Source: Candidatus Bathyarchaeota archaeon
Lineage (GTDB): Archaea; Thermoproteota; Bathyarchaeia; TCS64
Assembly: GCA_043826455.1 (NCBI GenBank)
Contig: JBDRQD010000015.1
Coordinates: 160,001-224,000, forward strand
Direction: 5' to 3'
Length of the DNA: 64,000 nucleotides
The number at the start of each line of letters is the position of its first letter. Position 1 is the stretch's first letter. A program made the position numbers and the translations under genes. Shown piece by piece: positions 39,012-47,494 of this stretch. The notes under the pieces are model-generated. The model saw only the letters and a list, made by a program, of their open reading frames with translations, ran no database searches and was not told the DNA's origin.

Positions 39012-40210
39012 AACTCTTCCACACCGCCACCGACGAGGACATCAAGAGGGGCAGAACCACTGACATCTACTTCCACCGCACCAAGCAGATACTCCGGGCC
39101 AAGGGCAAAGACAAGGTGCGCGTAGTCGCGGAGGTCACCACCGGCTCACCCCCCGACAACCACAGCTGGGGCCTCCTCTGCGGCGTCGCGGAGGTGGCCA
39201 GGCTCCTGGAGGGCCTGCCCGTGGACGTGTACAGCATGCCGGAGGGCAGCGTCTTCCACAGCGTAGACAGCCTAGGCTACAGGAGCCCCGTGATAACCGT
39301 GGAGGGCACCTACATGGACTTCTGCGAGTACGAGACACCACTCCTAGGCCTCATATGCCAAGAGTCCGCCGTCGCCAGCAGAGCCGCCTACATACGCAAG
39401 GCAGCGGGCAGCAAGCCAGTCGTGGCCTTCGGAATCCGCCGCATCCACCCCGTCCTGGCCCCAGCCATGGACCGGGCCGCATACATAGGGGGCATGGACG
39501 GCGTCTCCAGCATCCTGGGCGCCGAGGCCTGCGGCATAGAGCCCACAGGCACCATGCCCCACTCCCTCATAATCATCTTCGGGGACCAGGTGGAGGCCTG
39601 GAAGGCCTATGACGAGGTCGTCGATCCCGACTCACCCCGGATCATACTGGCTGACACCTACTATGACGAGAAGACTGAGGCCATCATGGCCGCCGAGGCA
39701 CTGAAGGAACGGTTACATGGCGTCAGGCTGGACACCCCGGGTAGCAGGCGAGGCGACTTCCCCAAGATAGTGAAGGAGGTGAGGTGGGAGCTGGACCTCA
39801 GAGGGTTCCAGGACGTGAAGATATTCGTGTCCGGCGGCCTCAACGAGAAGACCGTGGCGGAGCTCAGCGAGGCTGGCGCCGACGCCTTCGGCGTAGGCAC
39901 CTGGGTCAGCGGCGCCCCCACCCTGGACTTCGCCATGGACATCGTGGAGGTAGACGGCAGACCCCACGCCAAGAGAGGCAAGCTCGGCGGAAGGAAGCAG
40001 GTTTGGAGGTGCAAGGAGTGCCTCATGGACTCGGTGAAGCCGGCTGACCAGCCCGCCCCCAGGTGTATGGTCTGCGGAGGCGAGACCGAGCCAATGTTGA
40101 AGCCTCTTCTTAAGAACGGCAAGATAGTAGAGCCACTCCCCGAGCCAACGGAGATCAGAGATAGGGTCCTGAGACAGCTGGAAAAACTTGAAAGCTGTGA
40201 AAAAAGGTAG
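39008..40210 (+). CDS. pncB: Nicotinate phosphoribosyltransferase
   Basis: TDIYF, FGIRR, GTMPH, DTY, VRLDTPGSRRG, SGGL, AFGVGT. Confidence 0.92.
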   Translation: MKLFHTATDEDIKRGRTTDIYFHRTKQILRAKGKDKVRVVAEVTTGSPPDNHSWGLLCGVAEVARLLEGLPVDVYSMPEGSVFHSVDSLGYRSPVITVEGTYMDFCEYETPLLGLICQESAVASRAAYIRKAAGSKPVVAFGIRRIHPVLAPAMDRAAYIGGMDGVSSILGAEACGIEPTGTMPHSLIIIFGDQVEAWKAYDEVVDPDSPRIILADTYYDEKTEAIMAAEALKERLHGVRLDTPGSRRGDFPKIVKEVRWELDLRGFQDVKIFVSGGLNEKTVAELSEAGADAFGVGTWVSGAPTLDFAMDIVEVDGRPHAKRGKLGGRKQVWRCKECLMDSVKPADQPAPRCMVCGGETEPMLKPLLKNGKIVEPLPEPTEIRDRVLRQLEKLESCEKR

Positions 40211-40220
40211 GGGGGTATCA
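40196..40220 (+). repeat. 25-bp direct repeat, copy 2 (contains pncB stop)
   Basis: Identical to 38301-38325; TAG at 40208-40210 lies inside it. Confidence 0.85.
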
Positions 40221-40352
40221 TATTATGGAGCGAAAAACCTCCATAAAATACAAAAAGCCGCCTCGACGTAGCTGCAGCTTCCAGTGGGCAGCCCGTTCTG
40301 CCCTCAACCCTTAAAAACCGTGCTGCTGATACCAGTTACTTGGCGAATTGAT

Positions 40353-41435
40353 TTGGACACAGAGACCCGCTTCAGGCTAGTCACCCAGGACCTCCAGGAG
40401 ATCATCACAGTGGATGAGCTCCGCAGCCTCCTCGAAACCAACGATCACCCCCGAGGCTACGTGGGCTTCGAGCCCAGCGGTATAATGCACGCAGGCACAG
40501 GCCTCATAGTGGGCAAGAAGATGCGTGACTACGTGGAGGCGGGCTTCCACTTCATCATATACTTGGCCGAGTGGCACGGCTGGATCAACAACAAGATGGG
40601 CGGAGTAGCCGAGAACCTGGCCATAGCAGCCGAGTACTTCAAGGACTGCTTCACGGCCCTGGGCCTACCCGAAGGCAAGGTAGAGTACCTGTGGGCCAGC
40701 GACATCGTGGACACCAAGGACTACTGGGAGAAGGTGGTCCGCGTCATGAAGTCCACCAGCCTCAGGCGCACCCTCCGCTCCATGCCCATCATGGGCCGCA
40801 GCGCCGACACCACCGACGTTGAGACCGCCTGGGCCCTCTACCCGGCCATGCAGGCAAGCGACATCTTCCAGATGGACCTGGACTGCGCCTGCGCAGGCAT
40901 GGACCAGCGCAAGGTGCACATGCTGGCAAGAGAGGCGGCCCCCAAGCTGGGGTTCAAGGTCCCCGTCTGCCTCCACAACCCGCTGCTACCAGGCCTTCAG
41001 GTGACGGACCTCAACGGCAGCTTCGACGAGGACGAGGGCATCGACCAGAGCATCCGGCACAAGATGAGCAAGAGCGTATCCAAGGGTGCCATATGGGTCA
41101 ACGACACCCCCAAGGAGATCAAGGAAAAGTACCACGACGCATTCTGCCCCGAGAAGGTGGTCAAGGACAACCCGGTCCTCGACCACGCCCGCATGGTAGT
41201 GTTCCCCCAGCTGGGCAAGCTGGAGATCGAGCGCCCAAAGAAGTACGGCGGAGACATCACCTTCCACAGCTTCGACGAGCTCTCCGAATCCTACGGCAAA
41301 GGCGAGCTTCATCCGCTGGACCTGAAGAAGGGCGTCACCGAGTCCATGATAAAGCTGCTTGAGCCAGTGGCCAAGTACTTCGAGAGGAAGCCCGAGAACC
41401 TGGAGCGGATGAAGCAGCTCACAGTAACCAGGTAA
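40353..41435 (+). CDS. tyrS: Tyrosyl-tRNA synthetase (archaeal type)
   Basis: YVGFEPSG, YPAMQASD, GMDQRKVH, KMSKS, LHPLDLK; TTG start after CTTAAAAA box. Confidence 0.93.
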   Translation: MDTETRFRLVTQDLQEIITVDELRSLLETNDHPRGYVGFEPSGIMHAGTGLIVGKKMRDYVEAGFHFIIYLAEWHGWINNKMGGVAENLAIAAEYFKDCFTALGLPEGKVEYLWASDIVDTKDYWEKVVRVMKSTSLRRTLRSMPIMGRSADTTDVETAWALYPAMQASDIFQMDLDCACAGMDQRKVHMLAREAAPKLGFKVPVCLHNPLLPGLQVTDLNGSFDEDEGIDQSIRHKMSKSVSKGAIWVNDTPKEIKEKYHDAFCPEKVVKDNPVLDHARMVVFPQLGKLEIERPKKYGGDITFHSFDELSESYGKGELHPLDLKKGVTESMIKLLEPVAKYFERKPENLERMKQLTVTR

Positions 41436-41461
41436 ACCTGTAATCAAAAAGGGGGATGCTG

Positions 41462-42454
41462 CTACAGCATCTTCTCAGCGACATCCACCAGTCGGCAGCA
41501 GTAGCCCCACTCGTTGTCGTACCAAGCCAACACCTTCACCGTCTTGCCCATGCTTCTGGTCTCCAGGCTGTCCAGAACCGCGGAGTAGGAGCTGTGAACA
41601 TAGTCAACAGACACCAGCGGCTCGTCACTGTAGCCCAGTATTCCTTTGAGCTTACCCTCGGAAGCCTTCTTGAAGGCGGCGTTGACGTCCTCCACCGAGA
41701 CCTGGCTCTCAAGGTTGGCCACAAAGTCCACCACGCTAACGTCTGGGGTGGGCACCCTGAAGGATATGCCGTCCAGCTTGCCGTCAAGCTCGGGCATGAC
41801 CTCCCCTATGGCCTTGGTGACCCCTGTCGTCGTGGGGATGATGCTCAGCGCAGCGGCCCGGGCCCTCCTGAGGTCCTTGCTGCTCTTATCCAGAACCACC
41901 TGAGTATTGGTGTAGGCGTGGATGGTGGACATATACCCGTTGACGATGCCGAAGCTATCGTGGAGCACCTTGGCGACGGGCGCGAGACAGTTAGTGGTGC
42001 AGGACGCGTTGGAGACGATGTGATGCTTCTTGGCGTCGTAGAGGTGGTCGTTGACCCCGAGCACCACCGTCAAGTCGGGCTTTTTAGCAGGCGCCGCTAT
42101 CAGCACCTTCCTAGCCCCCGCTTTCAGGTGCTTGCTCGCGCCTTCCCGGTCCTTGTAGACGTCGCTGCACTCCAACACCAGGTCCACGTCCAGCTCCCTC
42201 CACGGCAGCCTCTCGGCGTCGCTCTCGTAGAGCACCTTCACAGGTTTACCATCCACCACCATGGTGTCCCCTTCCACCTCCACAGTGAAGGGGGCTCTCC
42301 CGTGCACACTGTCATATTTCAGGAGGTGGCTTAGGGTCTCCGCGTCACCCCTGTTCACGGCGACGAACTCCAAATCCTTGTTTAGCTCAATGGCGGCCCT
42401 CAGGGCCAGACGCCCGGTTCTACCGAACCCGTTGATGGCAACCTTCACACCCAA
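41462..42454 (-). CDS. gap: Glyceraldehyde-3-phosphate dehydrogenase, class I (bacterial-type)
   Basis: INGFGRTGR, KYDSVHG, SNASCTTNCLAP, RVPTPDVS, WYDNEWGY. Confidence 0.95.
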   Translation of the reverse strand: MGVKVAINGFGRTGRLALRAAIELNKDLEFVAVNRGDAETLSHLLKYDSVHGRAPFTVEVEGDTMVVDGKPVKVLYESDAERLPWRELDVDLVLECSDVYKDREGASKHLKAGARKVLIAAPAKKPDLTVVLGVNDHLYDAKKHHIVSNASCTTNCLAPVAKVLHDSFGIVNGYMSTIHAYTNTQVVLDKSSKDLRRARAAALSIIPTTTGVTKAIGEVMPELDGKLDGISFRVPTPDVSVVDFVANLESQVSVEDVNAAFKKASEGKLKGILGYSDEPLVSVDYVHSSYSAVLDSLETRSMGKTVKVLAWYDNEWGYCCRLVDVAEKML

Positions 42455-42567
42455 ATTCCATGCCTCGGTTAAACGCGGGTTCACGGCTTCTTAAGATTAA
42501 CCTGTTCGGGAACCTTTTTATTCTTAGAACGGTGAGAGATAGGCGAGCGTCAAAAAGGAGACGCGTA

Positions 42568-42710
42568 AATCAAAGGATCACTCTCACTCGCAGGGGGAAC
42601 CGGAAATCTATGGTTCTCCTGCAATCAAGTCCGTGGCATAGGAAGAAGGGTTTGATTCTATCACACCCGAGCAGGCCCAGGAAGAGCGGTGGCCTCTGCG
42701 GTAAGGGTGA
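42568..42710 (+). promoter_or_regulatory. Putative structured 5' leader of dnaG
   Basis: Hairpins 42590-42622 and 42664-42709; AATCAAA/TTTGATT closing stem. Confidence 0.4.
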
Positions 42711-42744
42711 CACAGACAAAGACAGACAATAGAGATGATCAAAA

Positions 42745-43914
42745 GTGAAAGACACAGAGAAGTTCGCGGGCGCAAAATACGTAATTAAAGCAACATTCAC
42801 CGTGGACGGCGTCGTGGAGAAGCACGACGTCATCGGGGCCATCTTCGGCCAGACCGAAGGCCTCTTCCCCAAGGAGTTCGAGCTACGCGAGCTGCAGAAA
42901 TCAGGAAAGATCGGAAGAATCGACATAGAACTATCCTCAGCCAAAGACAAGACCACAGGCACCATCATCGCCCCCAGTAGCCTAGACAGAGCCGAGACAG
43001 CCATCATTGCCGCGGCCATGGAGACCGTGGACAGGGTAGGCCCCTGCGAGTCCACCGTTAAGATACAGCAGATAGCCGATGTCCGGAGCGAGAAAAGATC
43101 CCAGATAGTTCAGAGAGCCAAGGAGCTCATGAGAGGCTGGGTCGTCAAGGACAGCCAGGAGATCGACAAGCTCCTGGACGAGGTTCAGCGAGAGGACAAG
43201 AAGGTCAAGGCCATCCACTACGGGCGTGAGAGGCTCACAGCCACCCCCGACATAAGCAAGAGCGACGAGATCATCGTCGTGGAGGGCAGGGCCGACGTCA
43301 ACAACCTCATCAAGAGCGGCGTCACCGGCGTCATAGCATTGGAGGGCGTCAAGGTCCCCAACACCATAAAGAACCTGACCCAGAAGAAGGACGTCACGGC
43401 CTTCCTTGATGGGGACAGGGGCGGTGACCTCATCCTCCAGGAGATGATGCAGGTAGCCAAGCCCACCTACGTAGCCCGGGCACCCCGAGGCAAGGAGGTG
43501 GAGGAGCTGACCCCAGAGGAGATCCGTGAGGCCTTGGCAAACAAGGTCCCCATAGTTGAAGCCGGAGCCAAGCCGATGCCCCCGGAGGAGGCCCCAGCCA
43601 AGAAGGTTTCCCCTGAGAAGATCGCTGCCAGGAACGAGCTGGTCGAGGTGGCCAACGGCCTCAGAGGCACCTTGGAGGCGGTCCTCCTTAAGAGCGACGG
43701 GTCCCAGGCCGGCCGCATGCCTGTAAGTGAGCTTGTGGACAAGCTCAAGGACGCAGAGGGCGTGTCCGTGGTGGTATTCGACGGCATTGTTACCGGTAGG
43801 CTCATCGACACGGCCAAGGATAAGAACGTCAACACCATAGTGGGCGAACGGGTGGCCGAGGGAGTAAGGATCCCTCGGGGCCTGGACGTGAAATCTTTCC
43901 GAGACCTTAACTAA
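42745..43914 (+). CDS. dnaG: Archaeal DnaG (primase-like, exosome-associated)
   Basis: GVVEKHDVIGAIFGQTEGL, LRELQKSGKIGRI, VVEGRADV, FLDGDRGG, APRGKEVEEL. Confidence 0.95.
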   Translation: MKDTEKFAGAKYVIKATFTVDGVVEKHDVIGAIFGQTEGLFPKEFELRELQKSGKIGRIDIELSSAKDKTTGTIIAPSSLDRAETAIIAAAMETVDRVGPCESTVKIQQIADVRSEKRSQIVQRAKELMRGWVVKDSQEIDKLLDEVQREDKKVKAIHYGRERLTATPDISKSDEIIVVEGRADVNNLIKSGVTGVIALEGVKVPNTIKNLTQKKDVTAFLDGDRGGDLILQEMMQVAKPTYVARAPRGKEVEELTPEEIREALANKVPIVEAGAKPMPPEEAPAKKVSPEKIAARNELVEVANGLRGTLEAVLLKSDGSQAGRMPVSELVDKLKDAEGVSVVVFDGIVTGRLIDTAKDKNVNTIVGERVAEGVRIPRGLDVKSFRDLN

Positions 43915-43919
43915 ACCCC

Positions 43920-44606
43920 TTATTTTCTTTTTCTAAGCCTTCTACGAAGCGCAGCCTTACCGTCAGCCAACTCCATGAAGACCGTTGAGATGTCCTCGTC
44001 CTCGGCGAGCTCTCGTTTCAGGTAGACGCCGGTCCGGCCCACCTTCTCCCGGCGCTCAAGGGTCCTGACCCTCTCCAGCACTATCCTGGTGTCCACTCCT
44101 AGCTTGGACGCCACGACTCCTTCGACGCCCTTCACGGGGGTCTCCCTATGTCCTCTATCTGTGGGTTCTACCAGAATGAGCCTCTTGTCCACGCCGGGCA
44201 CTCGCTTCTCCTCCTGCAGCTCCTTGTAGGTTATGGCGCCCGCGAAGGAGTAGAACTCCGCCTCGTTGGGTCTGAGGTTCACTAGTGGGTAGCTGTAGCC
44301 GCGTCTGTCGTCCGTGTAGAGGTACGCCTTGGCCGCGTAGCTGGGTGTCGCCTGGATGATCTCTCTGCTGTTTATTCGTACGCCGTGCCTCTCCAGGGCG
44401 GCTTCGACTATGGCTGGGGCCGGGGGTGTGGGTAGAAATATGTCTATGTCGCTTCCGCTGGTCACGTCGCCTCTGGCGATGCTTCCGTAGACCAGGGGCT
44501 CCAGGTGGGCTTTCACCAGGGGCTCCATCATGCGGCCCGCCTCCGCACGTAGAGCTTTCAGGAGGGTCCAGTGGGCCTCAGTGTAGGTGACTTCTACGCC
44601 GTTCAT
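43920..44606 (-). CDS. Minimal nucleotidyltransferase-domain protein (conserved archaeal)
   Basis: YGSIARGDV..SDIDI, QATP, RVPGVDKRL, GRTGVY. Confidence 0.82.
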   Translation of the reverse strand: MNGVEVTYTEAHWTLLKALRAEAGRMMEPLVKAHLEPLVYGSIARGDVTSGSDIDIFLPTPPAPAIVEAALERHGVRINSREIIQATPSYAAKAYLYTDDRRGYSYPLVNLRPNEAEFYSFAGAITYKELQEEKRVPGVDKRLILVEPTDRGHRETPVKGVEGVVASKLGVDTRIVLERVRTLERREKVGRTGVYLKRELAEDEDISTVFMELADGKAALRRRLRKRK

Positions 44607-44669
44607 GGAGGGGTCATGTAGAACTGGGGGCGGTCGCCTTATATTTTAAGCCTCGTCCACATATGCTGC

Positions 44670-45512
44670 ATGGCCTCGGAGCAGACGTTTACCCTCGCCT
44701 TCATCGTCGTTGCCTGGTTCCTATTCTACTTCCTGGCTAAGAAGATGAAGCTGGATGAGAGGGGGTGGGATGTCCAGCCTTACTATGCTCTCTATAAGTC
44801 CACGAAGCTGAACGACCTCATCAAGAGGATCGCTGGGTGGAACCCGGGCTTCTGGCGGGTTCTGGGTAACATCGGGATAGCTGCTAGCGTCGGGCAGGTC
44901 ACCTTCCTCACATATATCCTGAGCAGGAACCTGTGGAACTTCGTCTTCAGGCCTGAGCAGGCGTCGCCCGTGCAGCCTCTCATCCCTGGGGTCACCATAA
45001 GCGTGAACAGCCTTCCATGGTTTCTATTGGGGGCGGGGATCATCATTCTCACCCACGAGATCGGCCACGGCCTCATGTGTGTGGTGGAGGGCATCCCTGT
45101 GAAGTCGTCGGCCCTCATGTTGGCGGTGGTGACCTTTGGCGGGGCCGTGGAGCCGGATGAGGAGGGCATGGAGAGGGCCAGCGTCATGAGCAGGATGCGG
45201 GTCTTCGCCATAGGCAGCCTCATCAACCTGTTGACGGGGCTATTTACTATTCCCGTGTTCATAGCATTCGGGCGTGTCCTGCCCTCGCAGCTGCTGGCGT
45301 TTCTGAACTGGCTTTACTTTATCTCCATCAACTTGGCCATGATGAACATGTTGCCCATTGGGCCCTTGGATGGGGGGCAGATGTGGCGTACCTTCACAGG
45401 CTCCATGAGGAATGGGGCGTTTCTTCAGAGTGCGGCCTCTTATGGGTTCATATCCTTGATATTGATGAATCTGGGGTTGAGTTTGGCTACCTTCGGGTGG
45501 GTGCCCATCTAG
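44670..45512 (+). CDS. Site-2 protease (M50)
   Basis: HEIGH, NMLPIGPLDGG, TM segments. Confidence 0.9.
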   Translation: MASEQTFTLAFIVVAWFLFYFLAKKMKLDERGWDVQPYYALYKSTKLNDLIKRIAGWNPGFWRVLGNIGIAASVGQVTFLTYILSRNLWNFVFRPEQASPVQPLIPGVTISVNSLPWFLLGAGIIILTHEIGHGLMCVVEGIPVKSSALMLAVVTFGGAVEPDEEGMERASVMSRMRVFAIGSLINLLTGLFTIPVFIAFGRVLPSQLLAFLNWLYFISINLAMMNMLPIGPLDGGQMWRTFTGSMRNGAFLQSAASYGFISLILMNLGLSLATFGWVPI

Positions 45513-45530
45513 GGTTTTTTGTTTCTCGTC

Positions 45531-45634
45531 GCGTGTGCGTGGGGGGAGGGGGGGGGACCGTCACCGCCACCGCGATTCACGGTTTTTAAGCTTGTTTTGT
45601 GTTTTGGAGGCTTTTTACGGGTTTTTGGGCGGTG
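45531..45634 (-). repeat. Dispersed ~105-bp intergenic element, copy B
   Basis: Reverse complement matches 25075-25179. Confidence 0.85.
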
Positions 45635-45789
45635 GCGGAGGGTGTCAGTGGAGTGTAGTTGTCGCCGCGGTTTTATGCATAGGGTGGGTGGCCTCTTCTG
45701 GGTGGGACGTGGGGTTCGTTGCGGTTTTGGGATTAACTGATGCGGGTTTGGAGGCGGCGTTGTATCCCGCCGCCGGGGTCTGGCGGGCT

Positions 45790-47049
45790 TTAAGGGGCCT
45801 TGGGCCCTGTTTTGAGTCCCTCGGGTTTCTCCGTGTTGTGCTCCAGTCTGTTGGGCTCTGGGACGCCTAGTAGGGTTATGACGAAGCAGATGGCCGCGGT
45901 GGCCGCGCCTATTAGGAAGATGACGCCGAAGCCCCGGGTGTCCTTGATCCATCCGCTGAGGACGGCGCCCATGGTGCTGCTCTCGTCCACGATGGTCATG
46001 TATAGGCCCATGCCGAAGCCCCGTATCTCGGGCCTCATAAGGTCGGCGGCGTAGGTCCGGGTGCTGGTCTGAAGCACGGCGTTGCTGATGCTCTCCAGGG
46101 CCCTGATGACCAGGACGTGCTCGAAGGCCCTCACCTGGGTGTAGCCCAGCATGGTGACTACCAGGAGCACTATGCCGCCGAGGAACACGGGTTTCCGGCC
46201 GACACGGTCCAGGAGGTACCCCACAATTGGGGCGAATATAAGGGTCATGAGGGCCCTGATGGCGAAGAGGTAGCTGATGCTGCCCATGTCGAAGCCCAGG
46301 TCGTTCTTAAGGTAGCTGCTCAGCAGGGGGTTCACCATGGTGTTTCCCGTCCTGTAGACCAGGATGGCTACCAGGAATATGGCGACGTATCTGCCGAGGC
46401 TCCTGATGTCGGAGCCCAGGGTCTTCAGGTTGACGTCGTGCCCGGCTCTGGACCTCTGGTGCTCGGCCACCGAGTCGGGGCGCGTCTCCTTCACCAGCAG
46501 GAATATCATCACGGCGCTTATGGACACGAAGACGCCGCAGAACAGGAAGTACTCGTAGAAGGTGTACTGGGCGAGCAGGAAACCCGCGACGAGGGGCCCG
46601 ATGAGCTGGCCGACGCCGTTGGACATGGTGTACATGGCCATGGCCTTTCCCCTCTGCCTGGAGGGGTAGATGTCCGCCACCATGGTGGTGATAGCCACTG
46701 GGGTCATGTAGAAGGCGAAGCCCTCTATGAACCTCAGGACGGCGAAGGTGGTGAAGTCCTTGCCCGCGAAGGCGAACAGGAAGAAGACCACAGCGTAGAT
46801 GAGGACGCCCCCGAAGAGTATGGGCTTCCTGCCGTGGCTATCACTGTACTTGCCCGCGATGACGCTGCTTATGATGCCGGCGAAGGTGCCCACGGATATG
46901 AGCAGCCCCACCTGCGTTCCACTCATGCCGTGGTCCTCGAAGAAGACCGGCAGCACCATGTAGATGGTGCTGGTGGTGACAAACATGGAGACCATGGACA
47001 GCACAATCAGGTAATAGTTCACTTTCTGGGCCTGCGATGGTTCAGACAT
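45790..47049 (-). CDS. MFS transporter
   Basis: GKYSDSHGRKP, LRFIEG, GYLLDRVGRKP; ~12 TM. Confidence 0.9.
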   Translation of the reverse strand: MSEPSQAQKVNYYLIVLSMVSMFVTTSTIYMVLPVFFEDHGMSGTQVGLLISVGTFAGIISSVIAGKYSDSHGRKPILFGGVLIYAVVFFLFAFAGKDFTTFAVLRFIEGFAFYMTPVAITTMVADIYPSRQRGKAMAMYTMSNGVGQLIGPLVAGFLLAQYTFYEYFLFCGVFVSISAVMIFLLVKETRPDSVAEHQRSRAGHDVNLKTLGSDIRSLGRYVAIFLVAILVYRTGNTMVNPLLSSYLKNDLGFDMGSISYLFAIRALMTLIFAPIVGYLLDRVGRKPVFLGGIVLLVVTMLGYTQVRAFEHVLVIRALESISNAVLQTSTRTYAADLMRPEIRGFGMGLYMTIVDESSTMGAVLSGWIKDTRGFGVIFLIGAATAAICFVITLLGVPEPNRLEHNTEKPEGLKTGPKAP

Positions 47050-47124
47050 CCCCACACTGCGCCTCGATACAGTTCAGCATGGGGGCCCAGCCGACAATAT
47101 AAGGTTTCGCCGCGACTCACAACG

Positions 47125-47130
47125 TTTAAA
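47125..47130 (+). promoter_or_regulatory. TATA box of SRP RNA gene
   Basis: TTTAAA ~20-25 nt before the 5' end of SRP RNA helix 1. Confidence 0.6.
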
Positions 47131-47149
47131 CCAACGCGGGTTTAGGAAT

Positions 47150-47478
47150 AGGTGCAGCGGTAGGTAGGACCGGGGAGCTAGCCCTGCCCCCACGCCTCTA
47201 ACGGGCTACAAGAGGGGTCAGTAACCTTCAATGGGATCGGGGGCGCGGCGCGTAAGGCGCACCGCCCTCCGTCGATGTCCTGCCCCGCGGGGCCGGCGGC
47301 TGCCCCGCTTGCACTCGTAGGGGTGCAGGCGGGCACTCGACGGGCGAACCTGGCCAGGCCCGGGAGGGAGCAACCTAAGTCCGAACGTTTGGCGCTCGCG
47401 GGATCACGGGGCGGAGGAGGGTAATGCGAGTCTGCACGCCGTCAACCCGTGAACGGAGGGGGGGCTGCCGCTGCACCT
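47150..47478 (+). ncRNA. ffs: Archaeal SRP (7S) RNA
   Basis: Terminal helix AGGTGCAGCGGTAG/CTGCCGCTGCACCT; Alu loop-loop complementarity TAGCCC/GGGCTA; helix 6 with GTAG loop; helix 8 CAGGCCCGGGAGGGAGCA. Confidence 0.92.
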
Positions 47479-47494
47479 GTGTGGTGGCCCAGTT

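Noticed and set aside
25075..45634. Repeats as a CRISPR array or replication-origin ORB
   Set aside because: No regularly spaced repeat-spacer units, no cas or cdc6/orc1 gene, and no TTCCAxTGGAA-type ORB core despite the G-runs.
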